Shown: positions 36,664-45,418 of the stretch, piece after piece
Layout: every line of letters begins with the position of its first letter
Numbering within the stretch: position 1 is the stretch's first letter
The notes under the pieces: generated by a model
Databases searched by the model: none
What the model was told of the DNA's origin: nothing
What the model saw: the letters and a program-made list of their open reading frames with translations, nothing else
Program-made: the position numbers and the translations under genes
Origin: Gammaproteobacteria bacterium
GTDB taxonomy: Bacteria > Pseudomonadota > Gammaproteobacteria > Eutrophobiales > Eutrophobiaceae
Reading direction: 5' to 3'
DNA: 64,000 nucleotides
NCBI GenBank assembly: GCA_965116495.1
Contig: OZ220696.1
Span: 2,528,001 to 2,592,000 of the forward strand

Positions 36664-36747
36664 CATTCCTAATTCCTAATTCGTAATTCCTACTTCCTAA
36701 TTCGTAATTCCTAATTCCTAACCCGTAATTCCTAACCCGTAATTCCA
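36664..36747. repeat. Heptamer tandem repeat, 12 units of AATTC(C/G)T and variants
   Basis: AATTCCT/AATTCGT/AACCCGT units; overlaps the CoA-transferase stop codon. Confidence 0.92.
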
Positions 36748-37907
36748 GATATGATGTTGTCCGCCAACAATTCCGCGATTCGCTCCCCGCTATACCCCCA
36801 ATCCAGCAATACCTCTTCCGTGTGCTGTCCGGGTTCCGGCGGCGGCGACTGTATCTCCGCAGGGGTCCGGCTGAAGCGGGGTGCGGGCGCGGGTTGTATG
36901 ACTCCGTCGACGCTGGCGTAAGCGTCCCTGGCCTGCGCGTGGGGGTGCTGCGTGGCTTCCGTCAGGCCCAGTACCGGCGCGAAGCAGGCATCGGAGCCAT
37001 CAAATATCTCGCACCATTCATCTCGGGTTCTGGTCAGGAATATGTCCTGCAATTTGTCAGCAAACTCCGGCCAGCGGTCCTGGTTGTGCTGCTGCTTGCG
37101 CAGCTCCGGGTCGCTGATTTCAAGCCGGTCCAGCAATTCGCTGTAGAACCGCCCTTCAATCGGTGCAACAACCACGTACTGATCGTCTTTGGTCCGGTAG
37201 GTATTCACGAAATGGGCGCCGCCGTCCAGGATGTTGCTGCCCCGTTGTTCTTTCCAGAGCCCTGCGGCCAGCAATCCGTAAAACGCTGTCATCATGGACG
37301 CCGCGCCGTCGACCATGGCCGTGTCAACCACCTGCCCCCGCCCTGATTTTGCCGTCTCCAGCATGGCGGCCAGCATTCCCATGGCCAGGTACAGGGCACC
37401 GCCGCCGAAATCGCCGATCAGGTTCAACGGATAAGCCGGCGCTTCATCCTGTTTGCCGATACAGGCCAGGACTCCGGCGATACCGATGTAGTTGGGATCG
37501 TGTCCCGCGGTTTCAGCCAGCGGACCGTCCTGCCCCCAGCCGGTCATACGGCCGTAGACCAGCCTCCCGTTGCGCCCCATGCACTCATCCGGCCCCAGCC
37601 CCAGGCGTTCCATGACCCCGGGCCGGAACCCTTCGAACAGCGCATCGGCGCCGGCGCACAGGTCCAGGACAACATCCCTGCCCTGTGGTTGTTTCAGGTC
37701 TATGGCGATGGAGCGCCTGCTCCTGTTCATCAGCTTGTATTTCACGGGCATGTAAACGCCCAGTTCCACCTTGGTGAGGCGTTCGACGCGTACGATCTCC
37801 GCGCCCATGTCCGCCAGCAGCATACCGGTCAACTGGGTGGGGCCGACACCGGCAATCTCAATCAGCTTATAGCCGGACAGGGGGCCTTTGGCGTTATTTG
37901 CAGGCAT
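36732..37907 (-). CDS. CaiB/BaiF family III CoA-transferase, alpha-methylacyl-CoA racemase-like
   Basis: LADMGAE, EGFRPGVMERLGLG, AGHDPNY, LIGDFGGG, PAPAPRFSRTP. Confidence 0.9.
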   Translation of the reverse strand: MPANNAKGPLSGYKLIEIAGVGPTQLTGMLLADMGAEIVRVERLTKVELGVYMPVKYKLMNRSRRSIAIDLKQPQGRDVVLDLCAGADALFEGFRPGVMERLGLGPDECMGRNGRLVYGRMTGWGQDGPLAETAGHDPNYIGIAGVLACIGKQDEAPAYPLNLIGDFGGGALYLAMGMLAAMLETAKSGRGQVVDTAMVDGAASMMTAFYGLLAAGLWKEQRGSNILDGGAHFVNTYRTKDDQYVVVAPIEGRFYSELLDRLEISDPELRKQQHNQDRWPEFADKLQDIFLTRTRDEWCEIFDGSDACFAPVLGLTEATQHPHAQARDAYASVDGVIQPAPAPRFSRTPAEIQSPPPEPGQHTEEVLLDWGYSGERIAELLADNIISGITG

Positions 37908-37915
37908 CGGGACGG

Positions 37916-38380
37916 CTACCAGTAACGTAGCAGGAAGGTGCCGACGGCTACCGGTTCGTCCCAGCCGGCGACGTTGAAGGTGACGTCATAATGGACGGTG
38001 ATGGCCTTGTCCTTTTTTGCCACTTCGGCAATGCGGGTAGTTGCGGTTACCCTGGCCCCGGCAATTATCGGCGCCAGCAGGCGAAACCGGTCCGTGCCGT
38101 AAAACAGGGCATTGATGCTGCCGTACTCGAAGGACTGGAAGAACAGGGTCGGGAACAGGGCCGGCAGCAAAAATAACGGTGCGATTACGCCGCCGAACTG
38201 TTCGTTGCAACGGTCCTCGTCCCAGTGGACCCATTCCTCGTTGTTTATGGACCGGCAAAATGCCTGTATCCTGTCCTTGTCGATTTCGAATGGTTCGGAG
38301 GTGGCGATAACCTCTCCCTCACGTTCCATAAACCATTGAATGTCATTGATAATCGTTTTTTCCGGCATGATTGTTGTCAT
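37916..38380 (-). CDS. MaoC/NodN-like dehydratase
   Basis: RIQAF....NEEWVHWD.....FGGVIAP, YGTDRFRLLAP. Confidence 0.8.
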   Translation of the reverse strand: MTTIMPEKTIINDIQWFMEREGEVIATSEPFEIDKDRIQAFCRSINNEEWVHWDEDRCNEQFGGVIAPLFLLPALFPTLFFQSFEYGSINALFYGTDRFRLLAPIIAGARVTATTRIAEVAKKDKAITVHYDVTFNVAGWDEPVAVGTFLLRYW

Positions 38381-38483
38381 TTAGTGAAGTTAACCGGTTC
38401 AGGCAATGTTGAGTGTGCTTAGTATAATGTTTGGCCGGATTTTATTAGCTATACTAATTCTAACACTACACAATATCTAAATA

Positions 38484-39461
38484 ATGGCCAAGACTGCACA
38501 ACCCGGGTCAAATAATACCGCATACACGGAAGAGGAACTGAACGCTATCGAGGCGGCCATACTGCAACGCATCGAGGCCGGCGAGATCTTCGAGGACATG
38601 GATGATCTGTCACCGAAGTTCCGGGCAATACTGAAGATGACGGCCGACCTGGCCGCGGTCAGCGAGGTCTCCGTGCTGACCTGGGCTTACACGGCTTACC
38701 GCACCGCCCCCGACATCGGCGCCAAGATCGCGGTGTGCGCCACCATCCTCGACGAGGTGGGCCATGCCTACCACCAGGGACTGCTTGCTGAACGCTTCGG
38801 CGTCGACATGCACCAGCGGGCGTTTGAGGATGACGTCGACACCATCTGGACCTGGCCGATCATGGAGGTGCCGATACGAAACTATGTCGAGTTCGTCGTC
38901 ATGCAGGCGCTGCTGGACCGCGCCGGCCTGCACTGGACCAAAGACATCGAGTTGCATTGCAGTTTTGCCCCCTATCGCAGGACCCTGAGAAAGGTCAACT
39001 TCGAGGAGGGATTCCACATGCGTCACGGCGCCTTCTGGACCGAGTTTTACTGGAATCATTCTGATGAAACTCGCGAGTGGGTACAAAAGGCGGTGGACTG
39101 GCTGTTCCCGTTCGGGGTGATGTGGTTCGGCAAGCCCGACGACCTGCGTAACCGGCCGGACATGCTGAAATATCGCGTGCGCGGCTGGGGCAACGACTTC
39201 ATGCGTGACAAATGGCTGCAGTCCGCCAGCGCTTTCTGCGACAAGCTGGGAATAAACATACCGGCAAGTTTCGACAAGGAAAAAAACAAGTGGGTGCTGG
39301 ATATGCCCTACCCGATGCTGTACGACGCGGAAAACTATCAATGGTCGTGGGAGGAATGTACCCAGAAGGAATACTGGTCCCACTCCCGCAAAGGCGGTCC
39401 GATGCGTCCCGGTGCCTATGACCGGTTACGCCGTGAGGAATGGGGGGACGCCCTGTGGTAG
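38484..39461 (+). CDS. PaaA-like di-iron catalytic subunit (divergent CoA-ester epoxidase/oxygenase)
   Basis: Ligand set SE...DEVGH...D(RAG)...EEGFH aligns with PaaA; SFAPY.R.L. Confidence 0.8.
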   Translation: MAKTAQPGSNNTAYTEEELNAIEAAILQRIEAGEIFEDMDDLSPKFRAILKMTADLAAVSEVSVLTWAYTAYRTAPDIGAKIAVCATILDEVGHAYHQGLLAERFGVDMHQRAFEDDVDTIWTWPIMEVPIRNYVEFVVMQALLDRAGLHWTKDIELHCSFAPYRRTLRKVNFEEGFHMRHGAFWTEFYWNHSDETREWVQKAVDWLFPFGVMWFGKPDDLRNRPDMLKYRVRGWGNDFMRDKWLQSASAFCDKLGINIPASFDKEKNKWVLDMPYPMLYDAENYQWSWEECTQKEYWSHSRKGGPMRPGAYDRLRREEWGDALW

Positions 39462-39772
39462 TCACCACGGAAACTGTGCGCGCCGCGGTAGGGCGGGTAC
39501 TTGACCCTCATATCAACGTCAACCTCCACGAGATGGGGATGGTAAGCGATATTTCCATCGGGAACGGGGGTGACGTGGAAGTATCCATTGTGTTTCCCTG
39601 CCTGGGTTGTCCCGCCTATACCATGTTGAAGGAACAGGTCAGACACCAGGTTGCCAGGGTGGATGGCGTCACATCCGTCCGGGTGAAGGTTGACTGGGAG
39701 GGGCGCTGGGACCGGTCACAAATGTCGGACCGCGCCAAACTGTATGCCCAGCAACATGGCTATCGAATTTGA
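39455..39772 (+). CDS. DUF59/PaaD N-terminal-like metal-cluster assembly protein
   Basis: VLDPHINVNLHEMGMV, GCPA, W..RWD..QMS. Confidence 0.82.
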   Translation: MVVTTETVRAAVGRVLDPHINVNLHEMGMVSDISIGNGGDVEVSIVFPCLGCPAYTMLKEQVRHQVARVDGVTSVRVKVDWEGRWDRSQMSDRAKLYAQQHGYRI

Positions 39773-40008
39773 TGTCGGACCAGGGTTTCAGTGGCGCAAA
39801 CATGACATTCGAGGTTTTCGGACGCGATCAGCTGGAACGACCCTTGTCCCACATAGGCAGTATCCAGGCGCCCAACCAGGACCTGGCTGTCGCCCGTGCC
39901 CGGTTTATGTATTCGGAACGCCAGTGGGTTGAGTTGTGTGTAGCGCCTTCAGAGTCATTCGTGGCCTGTCTTTCCCCGGTGAGACGGGGCAGCATCGGCA
40001 TGGCCTGA
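39772..40008 (+). CDS. PaaB-like small subunit
   Basis: FEVFGR......HIGSIQAPNQDLAVARARFMY.ER. Confidence 0.78.
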   Translation: MSDQGFSGANMTFEVFGRDQLERPLSHIGSIQAPNQDLAVARARFMYSERQWVELCVAPSESFVACLSPVRRGSIGMA

Positions 40009-40013
40009 CCATT

Positions 40014-40220
40014 ATGCCGACCTCAGCAGACCAGCATGCCGACAGGAACGGCGCCTGTGCGGAACGCCCCGAGCGTGAAGTGTTGTGCCCCTGGTGCGAA
40101 TCCGCAAATACCAGGCTGGTCAGCCCTTATGGCCCCAGCGTGGCTGAAATGTTGTTCCAATGTGATGATTGCCACGACAGTTTCGGCTGGCTGAAGTGGG
40201 AACAGCGCCTGCCCGATTAG
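40014..40220 (+). CDS. Stand-alone PaaD C-terminal-like Zn-ribbon protein
   Basis: CPWCESANTRLVSPYGPS......CDDCHDSF..LK. Confidence 0.78.
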   Translation: MPTSADQHADRNGACAERPEREVLCPWCESANTRLVSPYGPSVAEMLFQCDDCHDSFGWLKWEQRLPD

Positions 40221-40244
40221 GTAATTCAGCCGGATGTGTAAAAA

Positions 40245-41126
40245 ATGCACCTGAACGATAAGGTAAAACCGCTGATCCGGGCAGAACTGCTGTGTATCGC
40301 CGACAGCAACTGGATACTGGGTCACTGGTACATCAACTGCATGCTGAACGGCCGCGAACTGACGGACTTTACGTCAATGGCCGGTATCGCCGAGGAGAAA
40401 CTGGGGCATACGCGGGCACTGTTCAGGTTTCTTGAAGAAATTTATGGGTGTCCTGAATTTCAGCTTGAGTTCGGCCGTGATGCGAGGCAGGTTCACAGCC
40501 CGGAATTCCTTGATCAGCCCCCGGAAAGCTGGGCTGATTTCATCACCTGCCTGTTCCTCGCCGACCTGGCGTTGTGGCGTTTTTCCTCGACGTTCATGGA
40601 GGGGAAGTTCAACCCTGTTGCAAACCTTGTCAGGCGCTTCGGCGAGGAATGTTATTTCCACCAATTGTGTATCGACGGCTGGATAAAAAGTTTTTCTACT
40701 ACGGAAAAAACTGAAGCCGGAGTGGCGCTGATCAAACGACTACCACAGGTATTGGCATGGTTCGGTTCCGAGCGGCAATCAGCTGATGATTTATTGCTTG
40801 AGGAAGGGCTCAGAACCGAGTCCGTCTGGTCAGCCAGGACGAGGTTTATCCAGGACATAGCTGAAAAATTATCACCCCATACGGACGTCTCAACCGATCA
40901 GCTTACTGACATCGCCGGGCAGGTATTGCCGGAAGACCGGGATTCCCGGCGCCGGCGCCGGGCAGGCAGCGAAATGCCGGCGAGTCTCTGGGAAACCGTG
41001 ATACCAACCAGCGAGGCCGCGCAGATAGCCAGACGACCTCTCGCCGTCAGTATAAAAGACAATATAGACCTGTTTCAGGCAGCTAAGAAAGACGAAACCG
41101 AACCCGTATTTGAAGCCGGCAGGTAA
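40245..41126 (+). CDS. PaaC-like structural subunit
   Basis: LLCIADSNWILGH, degenerate ligand motifs EEKLGH and EECYFH, PESWAD. Confidence 0.75.
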   Translation: MHLNDKVKPLIRAELLCIADSNWILGHWYINCMLNGRELTDFTSMAGIAEEKLGHTRALFRFLEEIYGCPEFQLEFGRDARQVHSPEFLDQPPESWADFITCLFLADLALWRFSSTFMEGKFNPVANLVRRFGEECYFHQLCIDGWIKSFSTTEKTEAGVALIKRLPQVLAWFGSERQSADDLLLEEGLRTESVWSARTRFIQDIAEKLSPHTDVSTDQLTDIAGQVLPEDRDSRRRRRAGSEMPASLWETVIPTSEAAQIARRPLAVSIKDNIDLFQAAKKDETEPVFEAGR

Positions 41127-41154
41127 GTTTCTTCGAAAGAAAAACCGATCAATG

Positions 41155-41212
41155 TGCCATTCTCGCGCAAGCGGGAATCCATGCTATAGACTCCTGCTTC
41201 CGCAGGAGTGGA
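41155..41212. repeat. Inverted doublet of family A palindromes
   Basis: TGCCATTCTCGCGCAAGCGGGAATCCAT followed by TAGACTCCTGCTTCCGCAGGAGTGGA. Confidence 0.7.
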
Positions 41213-41254
41213 GTGAGGAGATTCCCTCACAGGAATCGGACCGGGAGTAGAGAA

Positions 41255-41569
41255 CTAATTGTCCGCGATGCGGAGAATGAGCCCCTCCAGTTCATCGGTT
41301 ACATGTACCTGGCAGGTAAGACGGCTGTTGCTACGGCGCCCGGGCAACGCACACAACATGGCCTCTTCCAGGTCCTCGATCACAGGTAATTTATCCAGCC
41401 AGTCCGTATCAATGTAGGAATGGCAGGTACCGCATGCCGCGGCGCCGCCACATTCCGCCAGCATGCCTGCAAGCTGCTGGTTGAATGCCCCCTCCATCAG
41501 GGAATAACCCGCTTCAACGTCAATTTCATGCCGGTTATTACCAGCGTCGATATAAATTACGATAGGCAT
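41255..41569 (-). CDS. 2Fe-2S ferredoxin, putidaredoxin/adrenodoxin type
   Basis: ECGGAAACGTCH...SRLTCQ. Confidence 0.9.
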   Translation of the reverse strand: MPIVIYIDAGNNRHEIDVEAGYSLMEGAFNQQLAGMLAECGGAAACGTCHSYIDTDWLDKLPVIEDLEEAMLCALPGRRSNSRLTCQVHVTDELEGLILRIADN

Positions 41570-41717
41570 GACGGCAATTATAGGAAATATGTACAAAGGC
41601 AGCTATGCCGCATTTTCTATAGTAAACTGTGAGGCTTACCGGCCCTGTGACTTAACGGTCCCGGACTGTAATTAAACTTTAAGTTGTCCGTCATTTTTCC
41701 TGAAGCTGATAAACGGT

Positions 41718-43352
41718 ATGAGCACCAGACAAATTTATGAAGCCGGCCTGGGCAAAAACCCGGCGAACTACGTACCGTTGTCTCCGTTGACCTTTATCGA
41801 ACGGGCGGCATCCGTCTACCCCGATTATATTTCCGTTATCCATGGTGAAACACGTTTTACCTGGGCCGAAACATATACCCGTTGCCGGCGTCTGGCATCC
41901 GCGTTGACCAGGAGAGGGATCGGCAAAAACGATACGGTCTCGGTCATGTTGCCGAACATACCGGCCATGTATGAGGCCCATTTCGGCGTGGGCATGGCAG
42001 GCGCTGTGCTGAACGCGCTCAATTACCGGCTGGACGCGGATGCCATCGCGTTCATGCTGGATCACGGCGAAGCCAGGGCGTTGATTACCGACCGTGAGTT
42101 CTCTGCCGTCATCAAGTCAGCCATCGCAAAATCGGGCCGGGACCTTATAGTAATCGACGTCGATGACCCGGCTTATGAAGGAGGCGAACTGGTCGGCGAG
42201 ATTGACTATGAATCTTTTCTGCTGGAAGGCGACCCTGATTTTGACTGGAGCCTGCCCGTGGATGAATGGGACGCGATAGCATTATGCTATACCTCCGGCA
42301 CGACCGGTGACCCTAAAGGGGTGGTGACCCATCATCGCGGCGCCTACCTGAACGCGGTGTCCAACCTGATGGTATGGAATACCACTGCCCATCCTGTTTA
42401 CCTGTGGACCCTGCCCATGTTTCACTGCAATGGATGGTGCTTTCCCTGGGGTATCGCTGCGGTGATCGGAACTAATGTGTGTCTCAGGGCGGTGAGAGCC
42501 GACGCAATTTTCTCATTGATCAGGAAAGAGCGTGTGGACCACCTTTGCGGCGCGCCCATAGTATTGAACCTGCTAGCCAACGCCCCCGCAGAACTGAAAC
42601 ATGGGATAGAACACCAGGTTAAGGTCATGACCGCGGCATCGGCGCCACCCCCCGCCGTGTTGCAGGCCATGGAAGAGATGAACTTTCCCGTCACCCACGT
42701 GTACGGCCTGACCGAGATCTACGGACCGGCGGTCGTCTGCGCCTGGCGCGAGGAATGGAATGCGCTGACCATGGAGAAACAGGCCGAAATCAAGGCGAGA
42801 CAAGGTGTGCGCTATCCCTTGCAGGAGGCCGTGATGGTGGCGGACCCGGAGACCCTGGAACCGGTCCCAAGGGATGGTGAGACGGTCGGCGAAATACTCC
42901 ACCGCGGTAATATCGTGATGAAGGGCTACCTGAAAAATCCCGGCGCAACAGAGAACGCCTTTGCAGGCGGCTGGTTCCACAGCGGCGACCTGGCCGTCTG
43001 GTATGAAGACGGTTACGTGGAGATAAAGGATCGCTCGAAAGATATTATTATTTCCGGCGGTGAAAACATTTCCAGCATAGAGGTGGAAAATACGCTTTAC
43101 CGGCATCCGTCTATCCTGGAGGCTGCAGTCGTCGCCAGGCCCGATGAGAAATGGGGTGAGACCCCTTGTGCATTCGTGACCCTGAAAGACGGGGAAATGC
43201 TCAGCGAAGATGAGGTGCTTGATTTCTGCCGCGCCAACATGGCTCGGTTCAAGATGCCCAGGACTGTTGTCTTCGGGCCGTTGCCCAAGACCTCTACCGG
43301 CAAAATCCAGAAATTCATCCTGCGCGCCAGGGCGCAGGAAGCGGGCGCTTGA
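41718..43352 (+). CDS. Acyl-CoA synthetase (short/medium-chain, DmdB/AAE-like group)
   Basis: ANYVPLSPLTFIERAA, YTSGTTGDPKG, PMFHCNGW, YGLTE, TGKIQK. Confidence 0.92.
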   Translation: MSTRQIYEAGLGKNPANYVPLSPLTFIERAASVYPDYISVIHGETRFTWAETYTRCRRLASALTRRGIGKNDTVSVMLPNIPAMYEAHFGVGMAGAVLNALNYRLDADAIAFMLDHGEARALITDREFSAVIKSAIAKSGRDLIVIDVDDPAYEGGELVGEIDYESFLLEGDPDFDWSLPVDEWDAIALCYTSGTTGDPKGVVTHHRGAYLNAVSNLMVWNTTAHPVYLWTLPMFHCNGWCFPWGIAAVIGTNVCLRAVRADAIFSLIRKERVDHLCGAPIVLNLLANAPAELKHGIEHQVKVMTAASAPPPAVLQAMEEMNFPVTHVYGLTEIYGPAVVCAWREEWNALTMEKQAEIKARQGVRYPLQEAVMVADPETLEPVPRDGETVGEILHRGNIVMKGYLKNPGATENAFAGGWFHSGDLAVWYEDGYVEIKDRSKDIIISGGENISSIEVENTLYRHPSILEAAVVARPDEKWGETPCAFVTLKDGEMLSEDEVLDFCRANMARFKMPRTVVFGPLPKTSTGKIQKFILRARAQEAGA

Positions 43353-43357
43353 CGGCC

Positions 43358-43834
43358 ATGCTCGACATAAGCAGCAACGAATTGATGGAGATCCTGTCCA
43401 CGCACAAGCGGGTTGCCCTAGTCGGCTTGTCGAATGACCCGATGCGGCCCAGCTACTTCGCCGGCAAGTATTTGCAGCAGCACGGGTTTGATATCATTCC
43501 CGTGAATCCGAATTACCAGGAGATACTGGGAGAACCCTGTTACCCGGACCTGCTATCCATACCGGGGAATGTGGATGTGGTTGACCTGTTTCAACGGTCG
43601 GACCGGGTCATGCCGTTTGTCCGGCAGGCCATTGACATCGGCGCCCGGGTTGTCTGGATGCAACTGAACATCATTAATGAGGAGGCGGCAGAACTGGCGC
43701 GGGGCGCGGGGTTGAAAGTGGTCATGGACCGTTGCATGAAGATTGAATATGCCCGCTTGTACGGCGGACTGAACTACGCGGGCGTGAATACCAGGGTAAT
43801 CTCGGCCAAACGCCCACTGTTTGTGAATCGGTAG
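43358..43834 (+). CDS. CoA-binding protein (YccU-like)
   Basis: VALVGLS.DPMRPS, IIPVNP, VWMQL, VVMDRCMKIE. Confidence 0.9.
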   Translation: MLDISSNELMEILSTHKRVALVGLSNDPMRPSYFAGKYLQQHGFDIIPVNPNYQEILGEPCYPDLLSIPGNVDVVDLFQRSDRVMPFVRQAIDIGARVVWMQLNIINEEAAELARGAGLKVVMDRCMKIEYARLYGGLNYAGVNTRVISAKRPLFVNR

Positions 43835-43872
43835 TATGGGAAAAATAGAGTGCTCTGGAGTTACATAATGAA

Positions 43873-43901
43873 CCTGGATGCCGGCTTACGCCGGCACGAC
43901 G
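43873..43901 (-). repeat. REP-like palindrome, family A variant
   Basis: Minus strand CGTCGTGCCGGCGTAAGCCGGCATCCAGG. Confidence 0.7.
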
Positions 43902-43913
43902 GGACAGGAATAA

Positions 43914-45203
<1,290 letters not shown>

Positions 45204-45230
45204 ACAGACTTTTTCCATCATAGAGATCAC

Positions 45231-45401
45231 AGGATTTATCCGCAGATGACGCAGATTACCGCAGATTATTTTATATTGATTCTGTGATTCCGCATCCTGG
45301 CTGATGATATTGCTGCCGACTAAACTTAAGAAATTGTGAACAACAATCATCATTTCATCTGCGTTCATCTGCGTCATCTGCGTCATCTGCGGATAAATCC
45401 T
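45231..45401. repeat. Inverted-repeat element built from 9-10 bp CGCAGAT(GA) units
   Basis: Perfect 26-bp arms AGGATTTATCCGCAGATGACGCAGAT at 45231-45256 and 45376-45401, extra units inside, AT-rich core. Confidence 0.9.
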
Positions 45402-45418
45402 ATAATTCCTGTATATCC

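Noticed and set aside
36664-36747. Possible CRISPR array (also considered for 45231-45401)
   Set aside because: Units are 7-10 bp and contiguous, with no unique spacers and no cas genes.
38484-41126. Naming these genes paaA-D of phenylacetate catabolism
   Set aside because: Gene order, the split PaaD, sequence divergence and absence of paaE/G/Z/K argue against direct orthology, so symbols are withheld.
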